Source: Hyphomicrobiaceae bacterium (lineage in GTDB: Bacteria > Pseudomonadota > Alphaproteobacteria > Rhizobiales > Hyphomicrobiaceae). From it: 64,000 nt of DNA. Positions 8,449 to 18,260 of the stretch are shown piece after piece. The stretch spans positions 4,302,117 to 4,366,116 of the forward strand of contig OZ244119.1 in NCBI GenBank assembly GCA_965215755.1, in the 5' to 3' direction. The position numbers were made by a program, and so were the translations under genes. The number at the start of each line of letters is the position of its first letter. The first letter of the stretch is position 1. The notes below the pieces were generated by a model. That model searched no databases. It had not been told where the DNA came from and was given only the letters and a program-made list of their open reading frames with translations.

Positions 8449-9546
8449 TTACCTTGAACGCGACGGCGACTGCCAAAGCCGCCCCATGCGGGCATAGCGG
8501 TAAGCTCTAAGGAACACGTCGCGCATAAAGGTCTGGTCAAATTCCGTTTGTGGAAAGAACCAACGCCGCGGTTGGACGACTGCAAACCTGAAGCTTCCTC
8601 CGGTTTGCCTGGCATGATCAAGCACATCGAATACAGGCCGCAAGAAGATGTCGTCGGACGTAAACGCCTCGATACTTCTGGTGCGTCGCTTTCCGGAGTA
8701 ACGTGCGACCTCATCGTCGAATAGCACAGAGTTATGCACCACGTACCAATTCGCAATACTGCCACTTAGGTTCGGCTGAAAAAGCAACGGTTGTCCGGCC
8801 CCTGGGACCCGGAAGGTATGGTTCCTCTGGCTGTATCGCCCTGCTTTGATTGGGGTTCCAGGCACCGGGACACTCGTCGTCAAATCGACGGAAGCCGAGA
8901 TGATGCCTTGTATCTGTCGCAGTGCATCAGGGTGCCTACTGGCCGCGATCTGACCAATATCCCAGACGGTCTGGGGCCGAACTGCAGAGCCCTTGAGAGA
9001 GATGAGCAGCCTTCGTCCGTTGCGATGTCCCTGGCGGATCTGTTCAAGCGCGCTTTGATCCAAGTGTTCAAGTGCAACGCGCACCAACTCAGTCCAACTA
9101 TCGGATTTACAATTGTACGTATCCGCTATGGCCTGGTCACCGGCTGCCCCAATGAATGCAAATGGCGCGATCACAGCGCTCGGCCCGACTGCAGTGACCA
9201 GATCAAACTTTGGGCGATTGCCTGTTTCGCCCCAACCAACAAGCAGCCCTGCGGAATAGGCCGTCCTCTGGCTACCATAGGACAGGAGTAGTGCAGCAGG
9301 CCGGCGCTGGCTATTAACTGCTGTCTGACGCGCTTTGAATTGCTCCGCATTCTCTTGAACATGGGTAATCTCGACCAGCGTCTTAGGATCGGGTTGCTGC
9401 CAGCAGCGCAGCATTGCATGGGCTTGCTTTGGAGCTGCCGCCACAGCAAGCATCGCGAGGCCAACGGTTATCGCGATGACCGCACCACAATCATAGGTAA
9501 AACGAACGACCAAACCCGTTCCCCTCCCAAATGTCGTTGCCCTCAA
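8449..9546 (-). CDS. Patatin-like (PNPLA) family protein with degenerate catalytic motifs
   Basis: TTG start with an N-terminal hydrophobic anchor. The region LLLSYGSQRTAYSAGLLVGWGETGNRPKFDLVTAVGPSAVIAPFAFIG aligns by eye with bacterial patatin-like LSGGGANGAFGAG...WxExGxRPxFDxVTGVSTGALIAPFAFLG. However, GGG is replaced by YGS and GVSTG by AVGPS. Confidence 0.55.
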   Translation of the reverse strand: MRATTFGRGTGLVVRFTYDCGAVIAITVGLAMLAVAAAPKQAHAMLRCWQQPDPKTLVEITHVQENAEQFKARQTAVNSQRRPAALLLSYGSQRTAYSAGLLVGWGETGNRPKFDLVTAVGPSAVIAPFAFIGAAGDQAIADTYNCKSDSWTELVRVALEHLDQSALEQIRQGHRNGRRLLISLKGSAVRPQTVWDIGQIAASRHPDALRQIQGIISASVDLTTSVPVPGTPIKAGRYSQRNHTFRVPGAGQPLLFQPNLSGSIANWYVVHNSVLFDDEVARYSGKRRTRSIEAFTSDDIFLRPVFDVLDHARQTGGSFRFAVVQPRRWFFPQTEFDQTFMRDVFLRAYRYARMGRLWQSPSRSR

Positions 9547-9740
9547 GGATCGGCCTGTATCTTGGCTCTCGATTTGATCTCACGCAGCTATGGCTGAGAT
9601 ATGGCCCGTCGCGAACTGGTTGGTGGTCGGAGTCTCCTCTGCGAACGGACTGCCATTCTCCACAATGATTCATGCTTGCCCGTCTTCTTTGCGGTTCGTC
9701 CTCACGGGCGATCCACATCAGCCTCGGGCACCACGCAAAA

Positions 9741-11144
9741 TCAGCGCGCCGGCACTCCACCCTCGCCGAGGTCCCAATAGAGGCCTGCCATGATCTCTAA
9801 AGCGCTACGGGAGACCGGCATCAGGATGTGCTCGTCCGGCGCATGTTGCGAACATCCAGCGTAGGAGTGCGGAATCCATATTGCTGGAATCCCGAGCAGG
9901 TCGGTGAACAGGTCGTTGCAGATCGAGCCACCCGTTTGCGGGATGATGGCTAAAGGTGCATTGGTTGAGCGCGTTATCGAAGCTCTGACCCACTCAGCCC
10001 AAGGATGGTCAGGCTCCGTCCGACTCGCGTCGAAACCGGCTGCATTCGCAGGTGGCGGAGGCTCGACAGTCACCCGTTCAATGCCCTCCTCCTGCAAATG
10101 CCTGCGCAATGCTGGAATGATATCGTCTTTGTCTGTGCCGGCAATGTAACGCAACTGACAGTGCGCGCGAGCCCAAGGCGCAATAGCATTGACCGGGTTT
10201 TCGGGATTGCCTGACTTCATTGCGAGAACCGCGAACGAGTTCCAGGCATAGACATTTTCTGCCGTGGACAAGCCTGGCTCACCCCAATCCGGATCGATTT
10301 CCGGACCATCGGAACCACCATCCAACTCCACGTCCGACAAGACCGCTTTCGTCGCAACTGTCATTTCCGGAGGACGCCATTCCTTGACCCGTATCTGACC
10401 GGTACGGCTCACAATCGTTGAGATGGCATGTGCAAGGATCGCAGCAGGATCTGCCAGTGCCCCACCCCAATTGCCTGAATGATGTCCTCCATCACGGAGA
10501 TCGCAGATCAAGTCAAAATTGAGAGCTCCACGTGCGCCAAGGGACATCGTTGGTCGATCCATTTGGACGCGGGGACCGTCGGAACCAATGAATACATCTG
10601 CTGAGAATGCTCCCTTGTTGGCCGCTATGATCTCATGAACGCCAGCCGAGCCATTCTCTTCACCCATCTCAATCATGACCTTGGCATTGAAGCCGAGGCT
10701 GCCGCGCTCATCAATGACCGCCTTCATTGCAGCCATATTGATTGTGTGTTGCCCCTTATTGTCTGCTGTGCCGCGGCCATAGAGCCGCTCACCGTCGCGC
10801 TGCGTTGTCCACGGCCCGGCCCCCTTGGTCCATTGCTCATCCAGTCCACGAATGACATCACCATGGCCATAGCCGAGCACGGTTGGCTGGGCAGTGTCTT
10901 CCAACCGCGTCGCAAGAAGTACCGGCCCTGCACCAGTGACCGGGTTATCGAACTTCTGACAGATAAAGCCCATCGCTTCGAATGCTGGGATCATCTCTTC
11001 ATCGAGATAGCGCGTCAGATGCGGCAAGCCTTCTGAAACCTGGCTCTGCGTCGGGATCGCCACACGCCGGGCCAAGTCTGTTTCAAACTGCCCGCTGTCG
11101 AGATATGTCGTCGCCCTCGATATGGCGCCTGTGCGGCTGGCCAT
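9741..11144 (-). CDS. M20-family metallopeptidase (dipeptidase-like)
   Basis: Motifs are GYGHGDV, YGRGTADNKGQ and MIEMGEENGS (metal ligands and the catalytic Glu pair of M20). The track ORF extends to 11237. ATG 11144 (MASRTGAISR...) has an AAGGAG upstream. Confidence 0.85.
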   Translation of the reverse strand: MASRTGAISRATTYLDSGQFETDLARRVAIPTQSQVSEGLPHLTRYLDEEMIPAFEAMGFICQKFDNPVTGAGPVLLATRLEDTAQPTVLGYGHGDVIRGLDEQWTKGAGPWTTQRDGERLYGRGTADNKGQHTINMAAMKAVIDERGSLGFNAKVMIEMGEENGSAGVHEIIAANKGAFSADVFIGSDGPRVQMDRPTMSLGARGALNFDLICDLRDGGHHSGNWGGALADPAAILAHAISTIVSRTGQIRVKEWRPPEMTVATKAVLSDVELDGGSDGPEIDPDWGEPGLSTAENVYAWNSFAVLAMKSGNPENPVNAIAPWARAHCQLRYIAGTDKDDIIPALRRHLQEEGIERVTVEPPPPANAAGFDASRTEPDHPWAEWVRASITRSTNAPLAIIPQTGGSICNDLFTDLLGIPAIWIPHSYAGCSQHAPDEHILMPVSRSALEIMAGLYWDLGEGGVPAR

Positions 11145-11255
11145 GATACTTAGTCTCCTTCGTCGTCCATCCGTGGCATTGATCGGCTTGAGTGTCAGGT
11201 TGAAGCAGTTATAGCTCGTTCCAGGTTCGCCGACCAATTTGGAGACTGATTAGTC

Positions 11256-12011
11256 ATGAGTGATCTCGAACTGCTGGTTGATCTGCATCGCGGCGGCAAA
11301 CGCCAGGGCCCAGGACAAGCTGAGGACACCCGCCTTGCCATTACGCTCTCGGGATTGCGCAGCGAAAAGAGTTTGAGCATTGCCGATCTTGGTTGTGGCA
11401 CGGGTGCCTCGACGATCGTGTTAGCGCAAGAGCTTGATGCCACGCTGATCGCAGTTGATCTATTTGATGACTTTCTCAAGGTGCTACGCGACGACGCCAG
11501 GCAGCTTGGCTTGGACGACCGCATCTCAACCGATCCCTCGTCGATGGAAACTCTTCCATTTGACAGTGCTAGCCTCGATGCGATCTGGTCGGAAGGCGCA
11601 ATTTACAATATTGGGTTCAACAACGGCATTCAGAGCTTCCATCGGTTTCTGAAACCCGGCGGCATACTTGCCGTTTCAGAACTCACTTGGCTGACGGATC
11701 AACGGCCGGCTGAGCTTGAGGCGCACTGGGCACAAGAGTATCCTGAGGTTGCGACCGCGTCCACGAAGATGGCGCAGCTCGAAGCGGCGGGATATACGCC
11801 GATCGGCTATTTTGCTCTCTCCCCTAAAAGTTGGTTGGATCACTACTACCGGCCGCTGCAGGCTCGATTCCCCGACTTCCTTGCCCGCAATAACAACAGC
11901 GCGACAGCTCAGGCCATCGTCGCCTCAGAAGAGTATGAGATTGCGCTCTACGAGCGTCACGTCGATTTCATCAGCTATGGTTATTACATCGCCCGTAAGA
12001 CCGACAATTGA
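11256..12011 (+). CDS. Class I SAM-dependent methyltransferase
   Basis: Motif I is IADLGCGTGASTIVLA, with an acidic residue after beta-2 (IAVDLF) and GGILAVSE (post-II). 251 aa. Confidence 0.8.
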   Translation: MSDLELLVDLHRGGKRQGPGQAEDTRLAITLSGLRSEKSLSIADLGCGTGASTIVLAQELDATLIAVDLFDDFLKVLRDDARQLGLDDRISTDPSSMETLPFDSASLDAIWSEGAIYNIGFNNGIQSFHRFLKPGGILAVSELTWLTDQRPAELEAHWAQEYPEVATASTKMAQLEAAGYTPIGYFALSPKSWLDHYYRPLQARFPDFLARNNNSATAQAIVASEEYEIALYERHVDFISYGYYIARKTDN

Positions 12012-12235
12012 TACTTGGTGACCGGGCTGAGCGTCCTATTCTCCGGCAATGCAAACTGGAACACAGCGCGGCTCAGCCCTGCGTCGACGATAATCCGCGC
12101 GTAAACCTAAACCCTTCATGTGGCTGGAATGTCGATTGGCCGCGTTGTGGCTTTCTCACTTGCAGCTAGAAGTTGCCGCGAACCGCGCACGTACTGATTC
12201 CACGATTTGAACGTTCGATACTTACGGAGACCTCG

Positions 12236-14404
12236 ATGACGCAACGTGTCCAGATCGGCAACATCGCCGTAGCACCAGAGCTTCATGCTTTTATCAACGA
12301 TGAAGCTTTGCCTGGAACGGGCATTGCGGCTGACACGTTCTGGTCGGCGCTGGACAACATGGTTCACGCCTTCGGCCAACGTAATCGTGACCTGTTGGCC
12401 GTCCGCGAGCAGCTTCAGTCGCGAATTGATGCATGGCACCGCGAACGACGCGCTCTACCTCACGATCAAGTCGTTTATGAAGCCTTCTTGACTGAGATTG
12501 GTTACCTAGTTCCCGAAGGGCCGGACTTCCAGGTGACGACCGCCAACGTGGACCTAGAAATTGCCGCTGTGGCCGGACCGCAGCTCGTCGTCCCCGTCTC
12601 CAATGCACGCTATGCGATTAACGCCGCGAATGCGCGTTGGGGCAGCCTTTATGATGCTTACTACGGCACTGATGCGCTTGGTGATCTGCCGTCTGGTTCC
12701 GGTTTCGACAGCGCGCGCGGTTCCCGCGTTGTTGCTGCTGGCCGTGCATTCCTGGATGCTCATGTTCCACTTGCCGGCAAGAGTTATGTTGATGTCACGT
12801 CTTTGAATTGCGCCAGTGAGGAATTGGTAGCAAAACTGAGTGATGGCTCGCAAGTTGGATTGACCGACCCATCACAATTTCAGGGCTTTGGGGGCAGCGC
12901 GGATGAACCGCACAGCATCCTACTGCGCAACAACGGATTGCATGTCGAAATCAAAATTGATCGATCGCAAGCAATTGGCAAAACAGACGCTGCTGGAATT
13001 TCAGACATCATCCTCGAGGCGGCACTCACGACTATCTGCGATCTGGAAGACTCGATTGCAGCTGTCGATGCAAAAGACAAAGTGGCTGCTTACAGGAATT
13101 GGCTCGGCCTCATGAAAGGCGACATTGTCGAGGAGTTTCAAAAAGGCGGGCAGACCGTTCGCCGTGCGCTGGAAGCCGATCGTCGATTTACAGCCCCGGA
13201 TGGTTCGCAGCTGAGCCTGCCTGGCCGTTCGCTGCTTCTCGTGCGCAACGTTGGACATCTGATGGCGAGCGACGCCGTGCTCGACAGGAATGGCGACCCT
13301 GCCATGGAAGGTTTGTTGGATGGTTTGATTTCTGCAACGATCGCACTCCATGACCTGCGCCGTGACAGTGGGCACGTGAACTCACGCGCGGGATCGATCT
13401 ACATCGTCAAGCCGAAGATGCACGGCCCTGCCGAAGTCGCCTTCAGTAATGATCTGTTTGATGCCATCGAAGATGCACTTGGTCTGCGACGGAATACGAT
13501 CAAGATGGGCATCATGGATGAGGAACGTCGGACCAGCGCGAACCTCAAAGAATGCATCCGCGCTGCCAAGGACAGGGTGTTCTTTATCAATACCGGCTTC
13601 CTCGACCGAACCGGCGATGAGATGCATACCTCTATGGAGGCCGGTCCTATGATCCCAAAGGCCGATATGAAGGCTACTGCCTGGATCAAGGCCTATGAGG
13701 ACCGCAATGTTGACATTGGCCTAGCCTGCGGACTGCCGGGACACGCCCAGATCGGCAAGGGTATGTGGGCCATGCCGGACTTGATGGCGCAGATGGTCGA
13801 ACAAAAAATCGGACACCCAATGGCCGGTGCGGATACTGCCTGGGTGCCATCGCCGACAGCTGCCACACTACATGCAATGCACTATCACAAGGTCAATGTT
13901 CGTGAGCGCCAAGCTGAGCTGCGCGAAAGACCTATGGCCAGCCTCACTGATATTCTTACGATCCCGCTCGCAGCAGGCGTCAACTGGTCAGAAGATGTCG
14001 TCCGCCGCGAGCTTGAGAATAATGCGCAAGGCATTCTTGGATATGTTGTCCGTTGGATCGATCAGGGGGTTGGTTGTTCCAAGGTTCCGGACATTCATGA
14101 CATCGGGCTCATGGAAGACCGGGCAACACTGCGCATCTCGGCACAACATATGGCAAACTGGCTGCATCATGGGGTTTGCACGCATGAGCAGGTGATGGAT
14201 ACGATGAAGCGTATGGCGGAAGTCGTTGATCGTCAGAACGCCGGAGACGCAACCTACACGCCGATGGCTCCTCACTTCGAAACCAGCGTCGCCTTCGCTG
14301 CTGCCTGCGATCTCGTGTTCAAAGGCGCGCAACAGCCGAGCGGTTATACTGAGCCGGTTCTGCATGCGCGTCGTGCCGAGGCCAAGGCGGCTCTGGCTGC
14401 CTAG
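12236..14404 (+). CDS. glcB: Malate synthase G
   Basis: 722 aa from ATG 12236 ([30 protein letters not shown]). Family-typical blocks are [40 protein letters not shown] and [12 protein letters not shown]. The track ORF begins 63 nt earlier at 12173. Confidence 0.95.
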   Translation: MTQRVQIGNIAVAPELHAFINDEALPGTGIAADTFWSALDNMVHAFGQRNRDLLAVREQLQSRIDAWHRERRALPHDQVVYEAFLTEIGYLVPEGPDFQVTTANVDLEIAAVAGPQLVVPVSNARYAINAANARWGSLYDAYYGTDALGDLPSGSGFDSARGSRVVAAGRAFLDAHVPLAGKSYVDVTSLNCASEELVAKLSDGSQVGLTDPSQFQGFGGSADEPHSILLRNNGLHVEIKIDRSQAIGKTDAAGISDIILEAALTTICDLEDSIAAVDAKDKVAAYRNWLGLMKGDIVEEFQKGGQTVRRALEADRRFTAPDGSQLSLPGRSLLLVRNVGHLMASDAVLDRNGDPAMEGLLDGLISATIALHDLRRDSGHVNSRAGSIYIVKPKMHGPAEVAFSNDLFDAIEDALGLRRNTIKMGIMDEERRTSANLKECIRAAKDRVFFINTGFLDRTGDEMHTSMEAGPMIPKADMKATAWIKAYEDRNVDIGLACGLPGHAQIGKGMWAMPDLMAQMVEQKIGHPMAGADTAWVPSPTAATLHAMHYHKVNVRERQAELRERPMASLTDILTIPLAAGVNWSEDVVRRELENNAQGILGYVVRWIDQGVGCSKVPDIHDIGLMEDRATLRISAQHMANWLHHGVCTHEQVMDTMKRMAEVVDRQNAGDATYTPMAPHFETSVAFAAACDLVFKGAQQPSGYTEPVLHARRAEAKAALAA

Positions 14405-14422
14405 GCCATCACCTCTGTCCTA

Positions 14423-16024
14423 TCAAGACGTTGGTGGCGTGGGTGCTCCGTATCCGCCGCCGCCGCCGGTTCGAACGGCCAGCAAATCACCCTTGGTGAG
14501 CTTGAAGCTCGTCTTGGGCGGCAAGCGGATTTCCTCATCACCGCGATAGACAACATATTCGGCAGACTGCCCCGGCCCGCCGTCAAACAAACCCTCGGCC
14601 TGTGTTTGGAACCGGTCGCTATATGTGGCGAACTGAACGTCATTGTCGAGAATACGATAGCAGCGCTCCAGGCCTAAGCCGCCGCGATGACGCCCAGCCC
14701 CTCCGGATCCTTCCCGCAGACTGTAGGTTTCGAGGCGCGCAAAGGGATAGTCCATCTCCAGCGCTTCGATCGGAATATTGGCACAATTTGAGAGCGGGCA
14801 ATCAACGCCATCGCAACCATCGTTGGACTTGCCTGCCCCATACCCACCGCCCAGGATTTCGAGATAAATATTGTATCCGTCCTGACCGAGATGACTGAGA
14901 CAAATGGATGTCGTTGTATCAAAGCCTTCAGCAATGACCTCGTCGGGGGCAACCTGAGCCAACGCCTTCATTACTGCATTGAAGACGCGGTTCGATGGCA
15001 GCAATCGTGCGCGCACTGGCGCAGGCGGATTGGGATTGAGGATCGTGCCACGGGGCGCATCGACCGTGATCACCCGTGTGACACCGTCGTTGAATGGAAT
15101 ATCCGGGTCGGTCAATACCGACTTCACGCAGGCGACGGCAGAGGCCACTGTTGATGCGAATGGATTATTCATAAACGACGGGACTTGATCGTCTGTGCCG
15201 TCGAATGTTACCGCAATGCGCTCATCACCAACGTGGATCTGCGTGCGAATAACGATCGGTTGATCGTCGATGCCGTCATCATCGATTTTGGCTTCGGCAT
15301 CATAGGTACCATTGGGTAGGTCGCGCACTGCAGCCTTGACCCGTCGCTCCGTGTAGTCGAGCATCTCGCGCATGGCCGCATCGAAGGCTTCGGCGCCGTA
15401 TTTCGCAGCGAGCGCTCGCATACGTTTTGCACCAATAGCGTTGGCAGCGAATTGAGCGTAGAGATCGCCTATTGTTGCGCCAGGCATGCGGACGTTGGCG
15501 CCGATGAACCGTTCCAACGGGCCACCATTCCAATCTCGATCGATATTGTATTTCGTTGGCGGAAAGATCAGGCCTTCCTGATGGACATCACCGGCTGCGG
15601 GGTTCATGCCCGGTGCACCGCCGCCAAGGTCGATGTGATGGACGACCGATGCACTGAACCCGATCAACTCATCATCAAGGAACACTGGCGAAAACAGGAA
15701 GATGTCGGGCACATGCTGCCCGCCATTATACGGATCGTTGTTGATGAAGAAGTCACCGTCAACGAGGGTATCCGCCGGGAAGAGTTCCAAGCATGGTGCC
15801 AGAGTTTGGGAAATGGAGCCTAGCTGGATTGCTATCAGTTCGGATTGTGCAATCACCTCGCCATGGCGGTTCACAATGGCAGCAGAACAATCTTGCGCTT
15901 CACGAACGATTGGCGAGTGAGCAGAACGGATCAGCTTCGTTCCCATCTCATGCGTTGCCGCGACCAAGGCACGATTGATAATCGCATGATCAACCTGCGT
16001 CAGGCGGGGATTCGACGATGTCAT
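14423..16024 (-). CDS. Hydantoinase B/oxoprolinase-family subunit (HyuB-type), pair 1
   Basis: Motifs are PIVREAQDCSAAI, NNDPYNGGQHVPD, REGSGGAGRHRGGLG and RTGGGGGYG. ATG 16024 lies 1 nt after the TAA of the upstream HyuA gene. Confidence 0.9.
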   Translation of the reverse strand: MTSSNPRLTQVDHAIINRALVAATHEMGTKLIRSAHSPIVREAQDCSAAIVNRHGEVIAQSELIAIQLGSISQTLAPCLELFPADTLVDGDFFINNDPYNGGQHVPDIFLFSPVFLDDELIGFSASVVHHIDLGGGAPGMNPAAGDVHQEGLIFPPTKYNIDRDWNGGPLERFIGANVRMPGATIGDLYAQFAANAIGAKRMRALAAKYGAEAFDAAMREMLDYTERRVKAAVRDLPNGTYDAEAKIDDDGIDDQPIVIRTQIHVGDERIAVTFDGTDDQVPSFMNNPFASTVASAVACVKSVLTDPDIPFNDGVTRVITVDAPRGTILNPNPPAPVRARLLPSNRVFNAVMKALAQVAPDEVIAEGFDTTTSICLSHLGQDGYNIYLEILGGGYGAGKSNDGCDGVDCPLSNCANIPIEALEMDYPFARLETYSLREGSGGAGRHRGGLGLERCYRILDNDVQFATYSDRFQTQAEGLFDGGPGQSAEYVVYRGDEEIRLPPKTSFKLTKGDLLAVRTGGGGGYGAPTPPTS

Positions 16025-16025
16025 G

Positions 16026-18122
16026 TTATGTCCTTTTGCGCGTCGCAATCAGGTTACCAACGGAATCACATCGGACCCGCCAGCCGGCAGGGATGTAGAG
16101 TGTTGAGGTGCCGTCTTCGACCAGCAGCGTCCCTTCGAGGTCGGCATCTGCTATCGCCGTTCTTGAGACGACACGACAAGAGACATGTTCGCCATTCTCA
16201 ACAATGTCTATGGTGCGCTCTGGTGCCTGTTGCGACTGGCCGTCTGTCGCGGCGCCGTGCGGCTTGGAACGACCTGGAAACGCGCCTGTCGCTGCATGCG
16301 CGCCCACTCGGAAGGAAACAATCTCTGCCGGTTTATCCGGCGGTTTGGAGAACTCGAACACGCGATGATGAACCGACCGGAAAGCCTCCTGAAGGTAGGC
16401 AAAGTCCAGGGCATGCAGATCAGTGTTAATCGGGACGGATAGCTCGAATGCCTGACCGACATAGCGCATTTCAACAGTGTATTCGAATCTCGTTGCTGCA
16501 TCGACGCCGGCTTCTTTGAGATGCACAGAAGCATCATTGGCCAAACCGGAAAGGATGTCTTTGACAACAGCGACAGCATCAGGATCGAGCCGTGTTCGCT
16601 TGGTGTGGGACCGGTAATGGACATGATCAGCCATCAAGAGGCCGGCGGCAGAGAGAACCCCGGCATTCGTTGGCACCATTAACGTGTCAATTTCCAATTC
16701 TTCTGCAATGCGTGCCGCATGCAAGGGGCCAGCGCCACCGAACGGCACCAAAACAAAATCGCGTGGATCAAGGCCCTGTTCAGTTGATACTTGCTCAATT
16801 GCGCGAACAATATTGTTCTCCGCAATACGAATGGTGCTGTCGGCTGCCTCTTCAACGGACAGACTGAAGTGTTCAGCCAAATCACCGAAGGAACTGAGCG
16901 CTGCAGCCTGGTCAAGCTCCATCGCCCCACCCAAAAATGACCCGGCTTGAAGCGTGCCGCGAACGAGGTGGGCGTCCGTGACTGTTGGTTCGCTGCCGCC
17001 ACGACCATAGCAGGCTGGCCCTGGTGAGGCGCCAGCTGAGTGAGGGCCGACACGTAGCAAACCACCATCATCAGCCCAGGCAATTGAGCCGCCACCGGCG
17101 CCGACCGTCGCGATATCAATCACAGGCGTACGCACCGGCAGGCCATCGATGACTGTTTGTGGTGCGAGCTGCGGTTGGCTGCCAGCGATCAATGCAACGT
17201 CTGTGCTCGTGCCTCCCATGTCGAAGGTGATGATGTTCTCGATGCCTGAGTTAGCAGCCGAGCCCACAGCACCAACGACGCCTGCAGCAGGACCGGAGAA
17301 TAGAGCTGCAATCGCATTCTGTGTCATGGCAGCAGCTGGCATACGCCCGCCGTTGGACTGCATAATACTGAAGCGGCCATCAAAGTCGCCATCCTGCAGC
17401 TTTGCTACAAGGCGATCCAAGTAGCCCGATATCACCGGTTGCACATATGCAGCAAGCGTGGTCGTGGTTGCCCGCTCGTACTCGCGAAACTCCGGAGAGA
17501 CATCACTCGAACATGTCACTGGCAACTGCGGAGCAACGCGCTTGATGATGTCGGCGATGGACTTTTCGTGGGCTGGGTTGGCATAGCTGTGCAATAGGCA
17601 AATTGCGACTGCGTCATAGTTTTGTTGGCCGAGGATTTGCTTAATCGTTTCAGCCGCGTTCTGCTCATCAAGAGGGAGAACAATCGAGCCATCAGGCGCT
17701 AATCTCTCGGTGATTTCAAAGACGTCCTCACGCTCAACAACAGGAGCGGGTTTTTGATAATGCAGATCATAAATCGCGCGTCTATCCTGTCTCTGGAGAC
17801 CAAATAAATCGCGAGTTCCTTGGGTTACAAATGCCGCAATCCGTCCACCCTTACGCTCCAGCACGGCATTCGTCGCAACGGTAGAGCCGTGCACGAGTTC
17901 AGCAATGGATCCAAGCTTCAATCCTGCCGCCTCGATCGCGTTGAGCGCTCCAACATCAGGTTGCAGTGGTGTACTGGGAACCTTCGCTATTTCGATGGCT
18001 CCGTCGCGTACCATCACCAGATCCGTAAAGGTGCCGCCAACTTCTACACCGACGCGGATATCCTGACCTGCCAATTTCGCTGCCCCATTCGCAATTGCAT
18101 GCACTGAACCGACCAACCTCAA
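16026..18122 (-). CDS. Hydantoinase A/oxoprolinase-family subunit (HyuA-type), pair 1
   Basis: Motifs are RVGVEVGGTFTDLV, ITFDMGGTSTDV and TVGAGGGSIAW (ASKHA-type ATPase motifs of HyuA). The start is uncertain: TTG 18122, or TTG near 18074. Confidence 0.9.
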   Translation of the reverse strand: MRLVGSVHAIANGAAKLAGQDIRVGVEVGGTFTDLVMVRDGAIEIAKVPSTPLQPDVGALNAIEAAGLKLGSIAELVHGSTVATNAVLERKGGRIAAFVTQGTRDLFGLQRQDRRAIYDLHYQKPAPVVEREDVFEITERLAPDGSIVLPLDEQNAAETIKQILGQQNYDAVAICLLHSYANPAHEKSIADIIKRVAPQLPVTCSSDVSPEFREYERATTTTLAAYVQPVISGYLDRLVAKLQDGDFDGRFSIMQSNGGRMPAAAMTQNAIAALFSGPAAGVVGAVGSAANSGIENIITFDMGGTSTDVALIAGSQPQLAPQTVIDGLPVRTPVIDIATVGAGGGSIAWADDGGLLRVGPHSAGASPGPACYGRGGSEPTVTDAHLVRGTLQAGSFLGGAMELDQAAALSSFGDLAEHFSLSVEEAADSTIRIAENNIVRAIEQVSTEQGLDPRDFVLVPFGGAGPLHAARIAEELEIDTLMVPTNAGVLSAAGLLMADHVHYRSHTKRTRLDPDAVAVVKDILSGLANDASVHLKEAGVDAATRFEYTVEMRYVGQAFELSVPINTDLHALDFAYLQEAFRSVHHRVFEFSKPPDKPAEIVSFRVGAHAATGAFPGRSKPHGAATDGQSQQAPERTIDIVENGEHVSCRVVSRTAIADADLEGTLLVEDGTSTLYIPAGWRVRCDSVGNLIATRKRT

Positions 18123-18260
18123 TTATAGCAGTCGATTGGCGTTGCTGTCTCAACCTCGTTCCTCATTTGATCAGAGATCACAAGTCTGGAGGTCTTGATC
18201 TGTTTCAACCTGCGAATTGTTGTAAACTGAGCTATCGGCAAGCACGTAAAGGCTTATACA

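Noticed and set aside
12012-12235. Possible glycine riboswitch in the glcB leader, as known for some alphaproteobacterial malate synthase genes
   Set aside because: I could not find the conserved GGAGAG...CACCG...CTCAGGC...GGAC type blocks. The only structure is a 9-bp stem (GGGCTGAGC / GCTCAGCCC) with a loop of about 37 nt. A covariance-model scan would be needed to be certain.
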